A stretch of 64,000 nucleotides of DNA from Capsulimonadaceae bacterium (GTDB lineage Bacteria > Armatimonadota > Armatimonadia > Armatimonadales > Capsulimonadaceae): positions 4,096,001-4,160,000 of the forward strand of contig OZ244065.1 in assembly GCA_965215505.1 (NCBI GenBank), in the 5' to 3' direction. Numbering within the stretch: position 1 is the stretch's first letter; each line of letters starts with the position of its first letter. The translations under genes were made by a program, and so were the position numbers. Positions 43,214 through 52,614 of the stretch are shown here, in pieces. The notes under the pieces are model-generated. The model had not been told where the DNA came from. It worked only from the letters and a program-made list of their open reading frames with translations, and did no database searches.

Positions 43214-44818
43214 CTAGGCCGTCGCCTGCAAGACGTACAGGACGCCGTTCGTCGCGGCGCAGACGAGGTAGTCGCCGTACAGCGCCAGCCCCGCCGTCGC
43301 CAGGCGCGTGCCGGGCGTCGTCTCGTAGGCGCGCAGCACGTTATACTCGGCATCCAATGAATAAATGTTGCCGTCGTCCGCGCCCGCGAAAACTGTATGA
43401 CCCCCGCAGGCGGGGGCACACCGCAGGGGGGACGCGCTGACCCGGCGCGAGCGGATCAGGTTGCCGGTATTGACGGCGACGATGTGCAGGAACCCGTCGT
43501 CGCTCCCGACATAAAGCAGGCCATCGAAGGACAGCGCGGGCGATACGGAGACGGGGCGGGACGACACATTGGTCTTCCAGCGGACCGTGCCGGTCGCCGA
43601 CTCCACGGCCCAGACTGTGCCGGTCATGGTGGCGGCATACACGACGCCGTCGCGGACGAGCGGCGCGGCGTCGAACGGCCCGTCCGTCTCGGTCGCCCAG
43701 ACCTGTGCCCCCGTCGCCAGGTCGAAGGCGCGCAGGTGGCCGTCGTCGCTGCCCACAAAGGCCCCGCCGCCCCAAGCCGCCGGGGCCGTGTCGAGCTGCC
43801 CGCCGACCGGGAGCGTCCGCACCAACCGCCCGTCATCGCGGTCCAGAATGGCGAGGTCCGTGCCGGACGGCACCAGCAGGAGGTCGCCGGACACCGTGAC
43901 GCCCCCGTAGACAGCCCCGGCGACTTTTGACTCCCAGCGGCGCGTCCCACGAATCACGTCCATCGCCAGGACCGACCCGCCCAATGTCGCCGCGTACAGC
44001 ATCCCGTCAGGGGAGAGCGCCATCGCGCCCCGGTCGGGATACAGCCCGCTACCGTCCGGCAGGTCGAAGTCCCAGAGGGCCGCTCCGTTCGCCAGGGCGA
44101 AGGCGTAGATCGAGGCGCGTCCCGCCTCGGAGTCAATGGCCGAGGCGATCACCATGCCGAAGGCGGCCAGCGGCGCGCTCCACTCCAGAGCGTCGGCGGC
44201 CCGCGTCGGCGCTGACGTCGGGAAGGACCAGCGTCGGGCCAGGTGTGCGCCCAAAGGGGTTTCGGACGCCAGGGCGTGGCTGGCGTCCCCGCCCGGTGCC
44301 ATGCGCCAGTCCGCCTGGGTCCGCAGGACGTGGGCCGGGTTCAGGCGGCACCCGCGCGCCAGCCAGGTGTTCGGCGTCCCGCAGACCGGGCACAGGCGGA
44401 TGCGCTCCCCGCACCGGCGGCACTCGGTCGCACCCTCGGGCAGATCGGCGGCGCAGTGCGGGCAGTTGGACAGCGGCGGGACGACGGCGATGGCGAGTTC
44501 CACGTCGGCGGGCAGCGCGGCGGCGTCCGCCGCCTGCACGGCGAGGTACTGCCCAAACAGCGTGACCCGCGTCAGGGCCAGGGCCGCATTCCCGGCCCGC
44601 TCCGGCCTCAACTCCGCCACGACCGTCTGCGCCTCAGCGGGGGCCAGCGCGAACTCGGACGGGTACAGGTCCAGCCACGGCACGGCCGAGCGGACGCCCA
44701 CATGCAGGACGGCCTGCGCGTTCTCGTTGCGGACGACGGCGACGCGCCGGGCGACCTTGTCGGTGCCCAGCGCGTGCTCCTGCGAGAAATCGAATTCGGT
44801 TGTGTCGAGGACGGGCAT
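43214..44818 (-). CDS. PQQ-like beta-propeller repeat protein with N-terminal Ig-like region and zinc ribbons
   Basis: CPHC/CRRC/CPVC motifs; repeated GSDDG.L.A.D..TG...W blades; no signal peptide. Confidence 0.85.
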   Translation of the reverse strand: MPVLDTTEFDFSQEHALGTDKVARRVAVVRNENAQAVLHVGVRSAVPWLDLYPSEFALAPAEAQTVVAELRPERAGNAALALTRVTLFGQYLAVQAADAAALPADVELAIAVVPPLSNCPHCAADLPEGATECRRCGERIRLCPVCGTPNTWLARGCRLNPAHVLRTQADWRMAPGGDASHALASETPLGAHLARRWSFPTSAPTRAADALEWSAPLAAFGMVIASAIDSEAGRASIYAFALANGAALWDFDLPDGSGLYPDRGAMALSPDGMLYAATLGGSVLAMDVIRGTRRWESKVAGAVYGGVTVSGDLLLVPSGTDLAILDRDDGRLVRTLPVGGQLDTAPAAWGGGAFVGSDDGHLRAFDLATGAQVWATETDGPFDAAPLVRDGVVYAATMTGTVWAVESATGTVRWKTNVSSRPVSVSPALSFDGLLYVGSDDGFLHIVAVNTGNLIRSRRVSASPLRCAPACGGHTVFAGADDGNIYSLDAEYNVLRAYETTPGTRLATAGLALYGDYLVCAATNGVLYVLQATA

Positions 44819-44830
44819 GGGGTGGTACTT

Positions 44831-45151
44831 TTACTCGTACCGTATGCCGAGTCGGTTGGCTTCGTCGAAGGTCAGGCCCTCCGCCGCCGTCACATACAGG
44901 ATGCTGTCAGGGTCATGGGTCGCTTCGTAGGCGCGCATGATCATGACCGAGCGTTCGAACGGGTCTGTCCCGGCCCACGCATCCCAGATGACGTAGAGGT
45001 GAGAGGGGTACTCATGCTCCTCGCGCCTCTGCTCGACGATGACAGGCTCCGCCGCGTCTTCCTGGGGCTGCGCCCATTCTTGGACCAGCCGCGCCTCCAG
45101 AAGCGGCGCGTCCGGTTCAAGCACGTTGGGTTCAAATCTTCTGACTGGCAT
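44831..45151 (-). CDS. Small protein coupled to a HEPN gene (putative antitoxin), copy 1
   Basis: ATG 2 nt after the HEPN stop, with SD ggagg; paralogous to 46498..46830. Confidence 0.7.
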   Translation of the reverse strand: MPVRRFEPNVLEPDAPLLEARLVQEWAQPQEDAAEPVIVEQRREEHEYPSHLYVIWDAWAGTDPFERSVMIMRAYEATHDPDSILYVTAAEGLTFDEANRLGIRYE

Positions 45152-45153
45152 CG

Positions 45154-45654
45154 CTACCTCCACAACTTTCCGTAATTGGCGCGCAGCCAATCCATATCAT
45201 CGAGCAATATCAGGGCTTCCCTCGGCTGCGCCGCGTCCGGCCGGTAACGCATCCCGATCCACCAGTTTTGGTACAAGCGCCGGGTTCGAGATATGAATGG
45301 GGCATCCACGGCCGGAGGAAGCGGGTTGTTCTGCTGCCTCCTTTTTGCGCGCAGCAGAAGCGCCCAGAAGCGCAGGCTGTGGAAGGTTTCGCGGGGAATG
45401 CCTGGTATCAACCGCTGCGCGGTCTGCTGTGCCGGCCCCAACAGGGCGGCGATGCGGTCCGTCGGCTGCGCCCCGCTGAAGTGGAAGTAGGCCGACTTCA
45501 GCAGCATCTCCGCGCTGTAGCCCATCAGGTACATCCCCGCCCCGCCATAGCCGCCGGACATGAGTTCGCGTCCCTCCAGATACCGGGCGGAAGCGGCCCT
45601 CTCAAAGCTGAAGAGGGTTTCCTGTTGCTGTTCCAGCCGAAAACGAAGCGGCAC
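45154..45654 (-). CDS. HEPN domain protein (putative toxin)
   Basis: R..E...L..G...G.YL.GY..E.LLK ... HSL ... W...MRY pattern typical of HEPN. Confidence 0.72.
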   Translation of the reverse strand: MPLRFRLEQQQETLFSFERAASARYLEGRELMSGGYGGAGMYLMGYSAEMLLKSAYFHFSGAQPTDRIAALLGPAQQTAQRLIPGIPRETFHSLRFWALLLRAKRRQQNNPLPPAVDAPFISRTRRLYQNWWIGMRYRPDAAQPREALILLDDMDWLRANYGKLWR

Positions 45655-45756
45655 CCCTGCGTCTCCTCCAATTTTACCAGAAGCATAAAGACCTCTGCGC
45701 CAACGCCGGCACCTAAACCGCTGGCTACAGCGGCGCGCATCCGGCGTCGGCCCGCT

Positions 45757-46485
45757 TCACCTCGTCCGATAGTATATCCGGTAGTGGTAGCTCATCTCCA
45801 CCCCATCCACCTCGGACATGATGGTTTCCACCGCCCCGGTGGGGAACTCCATCGCCACGACACGCCGCAGCGTCTCCCGGTCGGGGGCTGTCCAAGTGGA
45901 CTCGACCGTCGCGTGTGCGAATCCGAGGCCGCCATAAAACTCGTTGTTCTCCTGCTGCATCCGGGCGGCCTGTCCCTGAGAGTAGGCGAAGCGGGCAAGG
46001 AAGCCGGCGAACTGCCCCGAGGTGAGGGCGTTGTCAACGATGAAGAAATGGCCGCCGGGCCGCAGCAGGCGCAGGCCCTCTTTGACGCCCGGCTCGCAGG
46101 AGCGCCCCGCCCCGCGCGCCGGGCCGAAGAAGTAGGCGAAGCGCGAGTGGATCATGTCCAGGCAGCCGTCGCGCAGCGGCACGTCCTCGGCCCGCGCCGC
46201 CAGGACGCTGATGTTGATCCTAACCCCGCCCGCGACACGGCCATAAAGCTGGCGGAGCATCTTGGGTGCAGGCTCGACGGCGAAGACGTGGGCGGCGCGT
46301 TCCGCGAAGCGGCAGGCGTGGCAGCCGCCGCCCGCACCGATGTCGGCCAACCACGCACCCGCTAGCGGCGCGACGCCTTCCATGAACCGCTCGATGCCTG
46401 CTCAGGGTCGGCAATGGCGTTCTCTAGGTCGTAAGTCGCCGCGTCTTCCTCGCCTGGGTAGTGGTAGATGTCGGGCGCGTTCAGC
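45757..46485 (-). pseudogene. Class I SAM methyltransferase with an apparently frameshifted N-terminus
   Basis: LADIGAGGG motif in ORF 45757..46383; upstream coding-like segment (NAPDIYHY...YDLENAIADPEQ) is one base out of frame near 46398-46400. Confidence 0.6.
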
Positions 46486-46497
46486 TTATCGGGCCTC

Positions 46498-46830
46498 TCA
46501 AGCGGCTGGTTCCAGCGGCGCGTACCCAATACCCATGCGCTCCGCTTCCGCCGCCGTCAGGCCGAGCGCGACACGCAGGTTGGATGCGGATGCGCTCCCT
46601 TTTGCCTCACGGTAGGCTTCCAATGTGATTTCAGAGCGCTCCAGTTGCGTGAGTTGACCCCACTCGCTCCAGATTACATACAGATGTGTGGGTGCCTGTT
46701 GCCCCTGGGCTTCCAGCACGATGACTGGCTCCGCCATGCCCTCCTGCGGATTCTTGATCTCTTCCGCGATGCGATGGGAGAACGCCTCATAAACAGGATT
46801 TTTCGGATATATTCTTTGTGCGTAAGACAT
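46498..46830 (-). CDS. Paralog of the HEPN partner protein, copy 2
   Basis: Shares PQE..AEPVIV, P.HLYVIW..W, ERS, AY and GLT..EA.R.GI.Y with 44831..45151. Confidence 0.75.
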   Translation of the reverse strand: MSYAQRIYPKNPVYEAFSHRIAEEIKNPQEGMAEPVIVLEAQGQQAPTHLYVIWSEWGQLTQLERSEITLEAYREAKGSASASNLRVALGLTAAEAERMGIGYAPLEPAA

Positions 46831-46896
46831 GGTCTATCTCCGTGGGGTGTAAAGAGAGCCATCAAGGTAATGACGGCGGACCATGACATAGCCTAG

Positions 46897-47280
46897 TCAG
46901 GGCGTTGCTAAATCAGCCTCACGCATTTGCCGAAACGTATGCCGCAATGTTGCTTGTGCCTCGGGCAATTTGCACCCCTTCTCATCATACGCGATCCCCT
47001 GAATGTTATAGTAGCGGAGTTGAAACTTATCCACTTCATGCCAATACTGGGCGCAAAGGGAGACTCCGTCAAGAGGATAAATCTGGTGTGCTGTCTTATT
47101 GGCGAAGATGTAGAGCGCAAAATGTGAACTGACGGGCCAGACGCCATTTCTGATCCCCGCCTCAGCGACCGCCGTGACCAAAGCCGTCATCGGCTCCTGA
47201 CGATGAGCGGGATGTATTTCTTGGTAGCGTTGGACGATCTCGGCCCATCGCTCGTTTGTCAGTTCAGCAGATGACATCAT
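46897..47280 (-). CDS. Hypothetical protein, lower GC
   Basis: 127-aa ORF directly downstream of the E2 gene; gggag SD-like sequence upstream. Confidence 0.55.
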   Translation of the reverse strand: MMSSAELTNERWAEIVQRYQEIHPAHRQEPMTALVTAVAEAGIRNGVWPVSSHFALYIFANKTAHQIYPLDGVSLCAQYWHEVDKFQLRYYNIQGIAYDEKGCKLPEAQATLRHTFRQMREADLATP

Positions 47281-47298
47281 CCCACTCCCGTGGACAGA

Positions 47299-48708
47299 TT
47301 ACGCAAACATCAGGTACGGCTGTTCCAATGTCTCCTTGAGCTGCGCCAGGAACGCGGCGGCGGGGGCACCGTCCACGACGCGGTGGTCGAAGGACAGGCA
47401 GAGGTTCATCATCGGGCGCACGGCGGGCAATCCGTCCACGGCGACGACCGTGTCGCAGATGGCGCAGACGCCCAGGATGGCGGTCTGGGGCGGGACGATG
47501 ATGGGGTCAAACTGCGTGACGCCGAACGTGCCCAGGTTTGAGAGCGAGAAGGTCCCGCCCGTCACCTCGTCCGGCGCGAGGCCGCCGCTCTTGGCCCGTG
47601 CGGCGAGGTCCTTCAAGGCACGGCTGAACTCGCCCAGCGACTTCCCCTGGGCGTCCTTGACGACCGGCACGATCAGGCCGTCCGCGCCCAAGGAGACGGC
47701 GACGCCCAGATGCACGGCGGGGTGCAGCGTGATGTCGTCCCCGGCCAGGGTGCTGTTGAGGTAAGGGTGGTCCAGCAAAGCCCGCGCCGCAGCCTTGGCG
47801 ATGATGTCGGTGAACGAGACGCGGACGCCCAGCGTCTTCTCGATGGCGGGCAGGACCTGCGCCCGGAACCGGGTCGCCTCGGACATATCCACCGGCAAGG
47901 TCAGCGTGACGTGCGGCGCGGTCCGGGCGCTCCGGCTCACCGCCTCGGCCACCATCTTCCGCATCCCGCGCAGGGTGACGACTCGCCCCCCGGCAGCAGG
48001 GGGGGCGTCGGGGCGGGCCGGCGGGGCGACGCTGCGCTTGACGTCCTCCTGCGTCACCTTGCCGCCGTGGCCCGTCCCCTGCACCGCCTCGACCGAGACG
48101 CCGTGTTCGGAGGCGACACGCTGGGCGAGGGGCGAGACGCGCGGCGCAGCCCGCTCGGCCTCCTTCCGGCGGGCCTGCTCTTCCTCCTGGAAGGCGACCA
48201 CGTCCGCCTCGACGACCCGGCCGTCTACGCCGGTGCCACACCCAGCCAGCCGCGTGAGGTCCACGCTATTCTCGTCGGCGTACCGGCGGGCGCGCGGGCT
48301 GGCGAAGACGCGGTCCCCCGGCACTTCCAGTGCCGGGCCGCCCTGGAGTGGAAGTCGCTCCGTGACCGGGGACACGCCGCCCGGCTTGTCTGCTATGGCG
48401 CAGGCGGTCGCCGGCAGCTCGATCGGGGCGGCACCGGGTTCCTCGCCGAGCAGGCCCGAGATGTCTTCGTCCGCCGCCCCCAGGATCGCCACGGGGGCGT
48501 TGACCGGGACCGTCGCGTCCACGGCGGCCAGTATCTTCCGCAGGACGCCCGCCTCGGGGGCCTCGACCTCCATGTTGACCTTGTCCGTCATCACCTCATA
48601 AAGCGCCTCACCCTTGGCGACGGTTTCCCCTTCGGATTTGAACCACTGTGTGATCGTGCCTTCTTCCATGCTGTTGCCCAGCGCGGGCAGCCCGAGCGTC
48701 TTTGCCAT
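47299..48708 (-). CDS. 2-oxoacid dehydrogenase E2 (dihydrolipoamide acyltransferase)
   Basis: Lipoyl domain EVMTDKV, two E3-binding domains (ASPRARR, VSPLAQR), DHRVVDG. Confidence 0.93.
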   Translation of the reverse strand: MAKTLGLPALGNSMEEGTITQWFKSEGETVAKGEALYEVMTDKVNMEVEAPEAGVLRKILAAVDATVPVNAPVAILGAADEDISGLLGEEPGAAPIELPATACAIADKPGGVSPVTERLPLQGGPALEVPGDRVFASPRARRYADENSVDLTRLAGCGTGVDGRVVEADVVAFQEEEQARRKEAERAAPRVSPLAQRVASEHGVSVEAVQGTGHGGKVTQEDVKRSVAPPARPDAPPAAGGRVVTLRGMRKMVAEAVSRSARTAPHVTLTLPVDMSEATRFRAQVLPAIEKTLGVRVSFTDIIAKAAARALLDHPYLNSTLAGDDITLHPAVHLGVAVSLGADGLIVPVVKDAQGKSLGEFSRALKDLAARAKSGGLAPDEVTGGTFSLSNLGTFGVTQFDPIIVPPQTAILGVCAICDTVVAVDGLPAVRPMMNLCLSFDHRVVDGAPAAAFLAQLKETLEQPYLMFA

Positions 48709-48739
48709 TCGTGTCTCCTCGTTCGGCCTCCCCCGCACG

Positions 48740-50143
48740 TCACTTGCTGCCCCACATGATGAACTCATGGCCCGAGTCGGCCGGCGTCTTCGGCTTGGCC
48801 GCCGGCTCCGGAGCCGGGCTGTCGGGCGGCCTGGGCTGGGGCGGAGCGGTCGAGGCCACGGCAGGCACGGGAACGGGCGAGGGAGCGGGCGGGGCCACCT
48901 CCGGGCGCAGCGGGACGAGCGGCCTGAAGTGGAACGCGACGCGCGGGGGCCGGGGGTCGGGGGTGACCGCCGCCAGAGCCTTGATGTCACTCCGGACCGG
49001 ACGCCCGGCCTCCTCCAAACGGTCCAGGTCCGTCAGGAACGGCCCGGCCTCCTGGCGGACCTGATCGGGCGCGTCCCGCTCGGAGAGCCGGGCGAGGGCC
49101 GGGCGCAGGCGCTCGCGCGCCGCGCTCAGGCCCGCCAGGTCCGTCGCCAACTGCTCCCGCAGGAGGCGGCGCGGCCCGTCCCCCGCCTCCGCGCGGGCGG
49201 CGCTGCCACGCGCCAGAAGCCGGTCCGCACGCGGCAGCGCGGCCCGATACCGCGCCAGAAGCCGACGCCTCAGCGCGTCGGTCGGGTCCGCGTCCGCTGA
49301 AACCGCCCCGGACGGGACTGCCCCGGCTGGGGCTGCGGGGACGGCGCGCGGCACCGCCCAGGCGCTTCCCACGATACCGGGATGCGCCGGGGTTGTGAAG
49401 GGGGTGGGGACACGGAGGCGCGGAGCCGGGGCCGCGACAGGGACGGCAACGGGCGGGGCCGCCGGGTCGGCGTCCGCCGCAGTGGAGTCCGCCGCAGTGG
49501 AGTCCGCCGCAGTGGAGTCCGCCGCAGTGGAGTCCGCAGCCGGATCGGCGTTCCCGCTCGGTGTCAACCCGTCCCCGCGTCGCTCCTCCGGGGGGATGCC
49601 GGCCGCACCCCCGACGGGGATGGACGGCGAGACGCCGAAGTTCGCGGGTCGCCGGGGGCTGGAGCCGTCCAGGGAAAGCCCCACCACCACCAGCACCACG
49701 ACCGCGCCCGCCGTGGCCCCCAGCCAGGCGGAGCGCGTCATCCGGATACTGTCCGCCGACCCCTCGTGCGCTTCCTCCGGGGGGCCGCCTTGGAAGCCGG
49801 CCGGCGTCACGGACGCCTGGTGACTCCTGGACGCAGGCGAAGGCGGGGATTTCAGCGGCATGGGTCTCAGCGGCGGTGCCCCTGCCCGGCGCGCGGCCTG
49901 GAGGACGGCGTCATAGGCCGCCTTGCGTGGGGCGTCCGAGAGGAAGGTGTAGGCGGCATTGACGCGCCGGAACTGCTCCGCGCACCGAGCGTCGTCGCCG
50001 TGCAGGTCGGGGTGGCAGAGCTTCGCGAGCCGCCGGTACTGGCTCTTGACGTCCTCCATCGGGCTGCCCGGCTCTAGTTCCAGGACCCCATAATGGTCCT
50101 GCTCCATAGACATCATAGGTTTCGCTCTTTCAACCGCGTCCAT
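48740..50143 (-). CDS. J-domain membrane protein with Pro/Ala-rich C-terminal region
   Basis: HYGVLEL...HPD...VNAAYTFLSD..RKAAYD; one TM segment. Confidence 0.8.
   Translation of the reverse strand: MDAVERAKPMMSMEQDHYGVLELEPGSPMEDVKSQYRRLAKLCHPDLHGDDARCAEQFRRVNAAYTFLSDAPRKAAYDAVLQAARRAGAPPLRPMPLKSPPSPASRSHQASVTPAGFQGGPPEEAHEGSADSIRMTRSAWLGATAGAVVVLVVVGLSLDGSSPRRPANFGVSPSIPVGGAAGIPPEERRGDGLTPSGNADPAADSTAADSTAADSTAADSTAADADPAAPPVAVPVAAPAPRLRVPTPFTTPAHPGIVGSAWAVPRAVPAAPAGAVPSGAVSADADPTDALRRRLLARYRAALPRADRLLARGSAARAEAGDGPRRLLREQLATDLAGLSAARERLRPALARLSERDAPDQVRQEAGPFLTDLDRLEEAGRPVRSDIKALAAVTPDPRPPRVAFHFRPLVPLRPEVAPPAPSPVPVPAVASTAPPQPRPPDSPAPEPAAKPKTPADSGHEFIMWGSK
49472..49537. repeat. 15-bp in-frame tandem repeat, 4 copies plus a partial
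   Basis: gtccgccgcagtgga x4, encoding (AADST)n. Confidence 0.9.
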
Positions 50144-50176
50144 CCCGCCTGGCCGGCGTTGCCGCTAAACCGCTCG

Positions 50177-50932
50177 TCACTTCCCCATGCCGCGCAGTGC
50201 TTCCAGGCAGCGGGCGGCGCATTCCAGAGGCGGGTGGGCGTAGGTCTCCTGCTCCACGATGTACCACCGCGTCCCGCCCACGCTCTCGCACAGGCGGAAT
50301 ATCTCGCCCCACGGCACGTCGCCCGCGCCGACCAGCGCGTCCGGGTCGGCCGCCGAGTATTCTTTCAGGTGGACCGTCAGCGCGCGCCCCGGATAGCGCG
50401 AAAGGAACGGCGCGGGGGCGGCCCCGCCGTGCATCATGTTCCCCGTGTCCACCTGCATGACCACCTCGCGCCGCGTGTGGCCGAAAAAGAGGTCCCAGGG
50501 CAGCGCGCCGCCGGGAAGGGCCTGGAACTCCTCGGAGTGGTTGTGGTAGCCGACGTGCATCCCCAGCGCCTCCGCCCGCTCCGAGGCCCCGTCGAACACC
50601 CGCGCCGTCTCCAGCCAGGCCTCCGAGGAGCCGGTCCGCGCGCGGGGCAGGCTGGGGACGATGAGGAACAGATTTCCTAAAGTCTTGTTAAAGTCCGCCG
50701 TCCGCTCCAGTTCATCCCCCAGCACTGTTTCTAAAGCGGTGTGCGTCCCGCAGCAGGCCAGCCCGTTGTCGTCCAGCATCAAGCGCAGCTCCTCGGCCGT
50801 GCGCCCGTAATAGCCCGCGAACTCGACCCCCCCGTAGCCCATGCCGGCGACGGCCTTGAGGACGCCGGGCAGGTCCCGCGCGCAGTCGTCGCGCACCGAA
50901 TAAAGCTGCAAGCCGATGGGGATGTTGGACAT
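50177..50932 (-). CDS. Sugar phosphate isomerase/epimerase (TIM barrel)
   Basis: GLQLYSVRD, YHNH, QVDTG, HLKE, IVEQE. Confidence 0.9.
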   Translation of the reverse strand: MSNIPIGLQLYSVRDDCARDLPGVLKAVAGMGYGGVEFAGYYGRTAEELRLMLDDNGLACCGTHTALETVLGDELERTADFNKTLGNLFLIVPSLPRARTGSSEAWLETARVFDGASERAEALGMHVGYHNHSEEFQALPGGALPWDLFFGHTRREVVMQVDTGNMMHGGAAPAPFLSRYPGRALTVHLKEYSAADPDALVGAGDVPWGEIFRLCESVGGTRWYIVEQETYAHPPLECAARCLEALRGMGK

Positions 50933-50994
50933 GGGAACTCAACCTTTCACAAAGCGTCAAGCCACGTGAGGAACTCACCGCTGATTCGCTTGCG

Positions 50995-51216
50995 TCAGTG
51001 ATGCCGTGGCACTTCTGTCTCTTCTACTTGCTTTGGTTTTTCGGCACCCCAGCCGATCAGTTCCAACACCCACAGGAAGACGCTCGCAATGGCGGCGGCG
51101 GAATACAGAGCAAGTTCATAGGGTGCCTTGGCATGGAAGGCGTGTAGTGCCAAGTCGGAAAAAACAAGGCTGAAAAAGGGGTGCCGTAACTTGACAAGGA
51201 TTTTCTTGGTTTTCAT
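50995..51216 (-). CDS. Small membrane protein (73 aa)
   Basis: MKTKKILVKL... with two hydrophobic stretches; starts 4 nt after the PIN gene stop. Confidence 0.5.
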   Translation of the reverse strand: MKTKKILVKLRHPFFSLVFSDLALHAFHAKAPYELALYSAAAIASVFLWVLELIGWGAEKPKQVEETEVPRHH

Positions 51217-51220
51217 CGGT

Positions 51221-51694
51221 TCACCGCCGCCCGCGCTGTGTCGCCATCGGCCCCGGCAGGACTTCCAGCGCAATGCCGTCCGCCAGACGGTAGATGTAGA
51301 AGTCTTCGTCAATGCTGAAGACGCGCGTGTACCCTTCCGCCTCGGCCAGCGCGACCAGGGACGCATCCGCGAGGTCCATCGGACGGTCCGCGTATTGCTC
51401 CATGAGTTCCAAAATGCGCGTCGTCTCTTGCCGAGTCGGTGTATGCAGCCTCAGCGTGTCGGTCGCGATGTATCGTGCAACGAGCCGTTGCATGTCCCAG
51501 CCGTCCTCCCGCCCCGTCAAGTACATGGCCTCGGCGAGACAGGGCCATGTCGTCACCATAGGCATGGCGAGAACTGCAAAAAGGGCAGTGCAGCGTGTGA
51601 ACTGCGCGGGCTGGCCCTGCGGGTCCACCAAAGCAAACAGGGGGCCGGTGTCCGTCAGGGTTCCGTCCGGTCCTTTTGTCGAAGCCCGGTCCAC
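51221..51694 (-). CDS. PIN domain (VapC-like) toxin
   Basis: LTDTGPLFALVD, TTWPCLAEAMY, PMDLADASLVA, DEDFYIYR. Confidence 0.9.
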   Translation of the reverse strand: MDRASTKGPDGTLTDTGPLFALVDPQGQPAQFTRCTALFAVLAMPMVTTWPCLAEAMYLTGREDGWDMQRLVARYIATDTLRLHTPTRQETTRILELMEQYADRPMDLADASLVALAEAEGYTRVFSIDEDFYIYRLADGIALEVLPGPMATQRGRR

Positions 51695-51978
51695 AGGTCG
51701 AAACCCTGTCGGCGGAACTTCTCCACGATGATCCCATCTATGGGAGAGTCACGGTAAGCCTGCCGCGCCGCTGAGTCCGCCGGGCCTGGAACCCGCGCTT
51801 GCGCTTCCGCGATGAGGACGGCGAGGACGGCTTTCCGGCGCTCCTGGTCGGCGACCCATTCCGCCGGCGTCATCTCTGGGCCGGCTCCGTTCTCTGACGA
51901 CTCGGCCTGCCGCTGCATCCGCGTCCGCGACTTCCGGCCCGCCGCGTACTTCTTCCGAGTCCGTGTCTCCTGCCTCAT
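51655..51978 (-). CDS. Putative antitoxin upstream of the PIN gene
   Basis: ATG overlaps the smpB TGA; 3' end overlaps the PIN gene start. Confidence 0.6.
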   Translation of the reverse strand: MRQETRTRKKYAAGRKSRTRMQRQAESSENGAGPEMTPAEWVADQERRKAVLAVLIAEAQARVPGPADSAARQAYRDSPIDGIIVEKFRRQGFDLWTGLRQKDRTEP

Positions 51979-52487
51979 GTGTCCTCTCCTGACTTGCCCG
52001 CGTCCCGCCCGAACACCTCGCGCCGCTGGTCGCGCTCGCGGTCGCGGTCGGCGATGCTCTCGCGCTTGTCCCACAGCTTCTTGCCGCGCCCCAGGCCGAT
52101 CTCCAATTTGGCGAAGCCGTTCTCGAAGAACATCTTCGTCGGGATCACCGACAGGCCGCGCTCGTTGACCCGAGTCGTGATCTTGGTGATCTGCCACTTG
52201 TGCAGCAGCAGCTTGCGCTGGCGGCGCGACTCGACGTTATAGCGGTTGCCCTGCTCGTAGGGCGCGATGTAGAGGTTGTAGACCCACACCTCCCCGTTCT
52301 GCACCCGGCAGAACGAGTCCTGCAAATTCGCCAGGCCCAGACGGACCGACTTGATCTCCGTCCCAGTCAGCGCGATCCCCGCCACATAAGTCTCCTCCAG
52401 GGCGTACTCGTGCCGCGCCTTGCGGTTGAGCATGGTTGGGTTACGCTTCTTTTCTTCTTTGTCTTTCTCTTTAGGTGTGGTCGCCAT
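51975..52487 (-). CDS. smpB: SsrA-binding protein
   Basis: NRKARHEY, AGIALTGTEIKS, RKLLLH, GKKLWDKR. Confidence 0.97.
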   Translation of the reverse strand: MATTPKEKDKEEKKRNPTMLNRKARHEYALEETYVAGIALTGTEIKSVRLGLANLQDSFCRVQNGEVWVYNLYIAPYEQGNRYNVESRRQRKLLLHKWQITKITTRVNERGLSVIPTKMFFENGFAKLEIGLGRGKKLWDKRESIADRDRERDQRREVFGRDAGKSGEDT

Positions 52488-52614
52488 GATTAAAGATATT
52501 ATAGCAGAATTCCGACAACTGTTATCGTAAGTTATCGTCCCCCGGTGGGGCTAACATGGTATAATAGAGCGACTTGGGCCGCCTCGGGGCGTCTCGAAGG
52601 GGAGTCTGAGGATT

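Noticed and set aside
46831-46896. Possible remnant of a second HEPN gene upstream of partner copy 2
   Set aside because: The short frame (MVRRHYLDGSLYTPRR) is too small and too dissimilar to call
51975-52614. tmRNA gene near smpB
   Set aside because: No tRNA-Ala-like ends or tag-peptide frame are recognisable in the flanks
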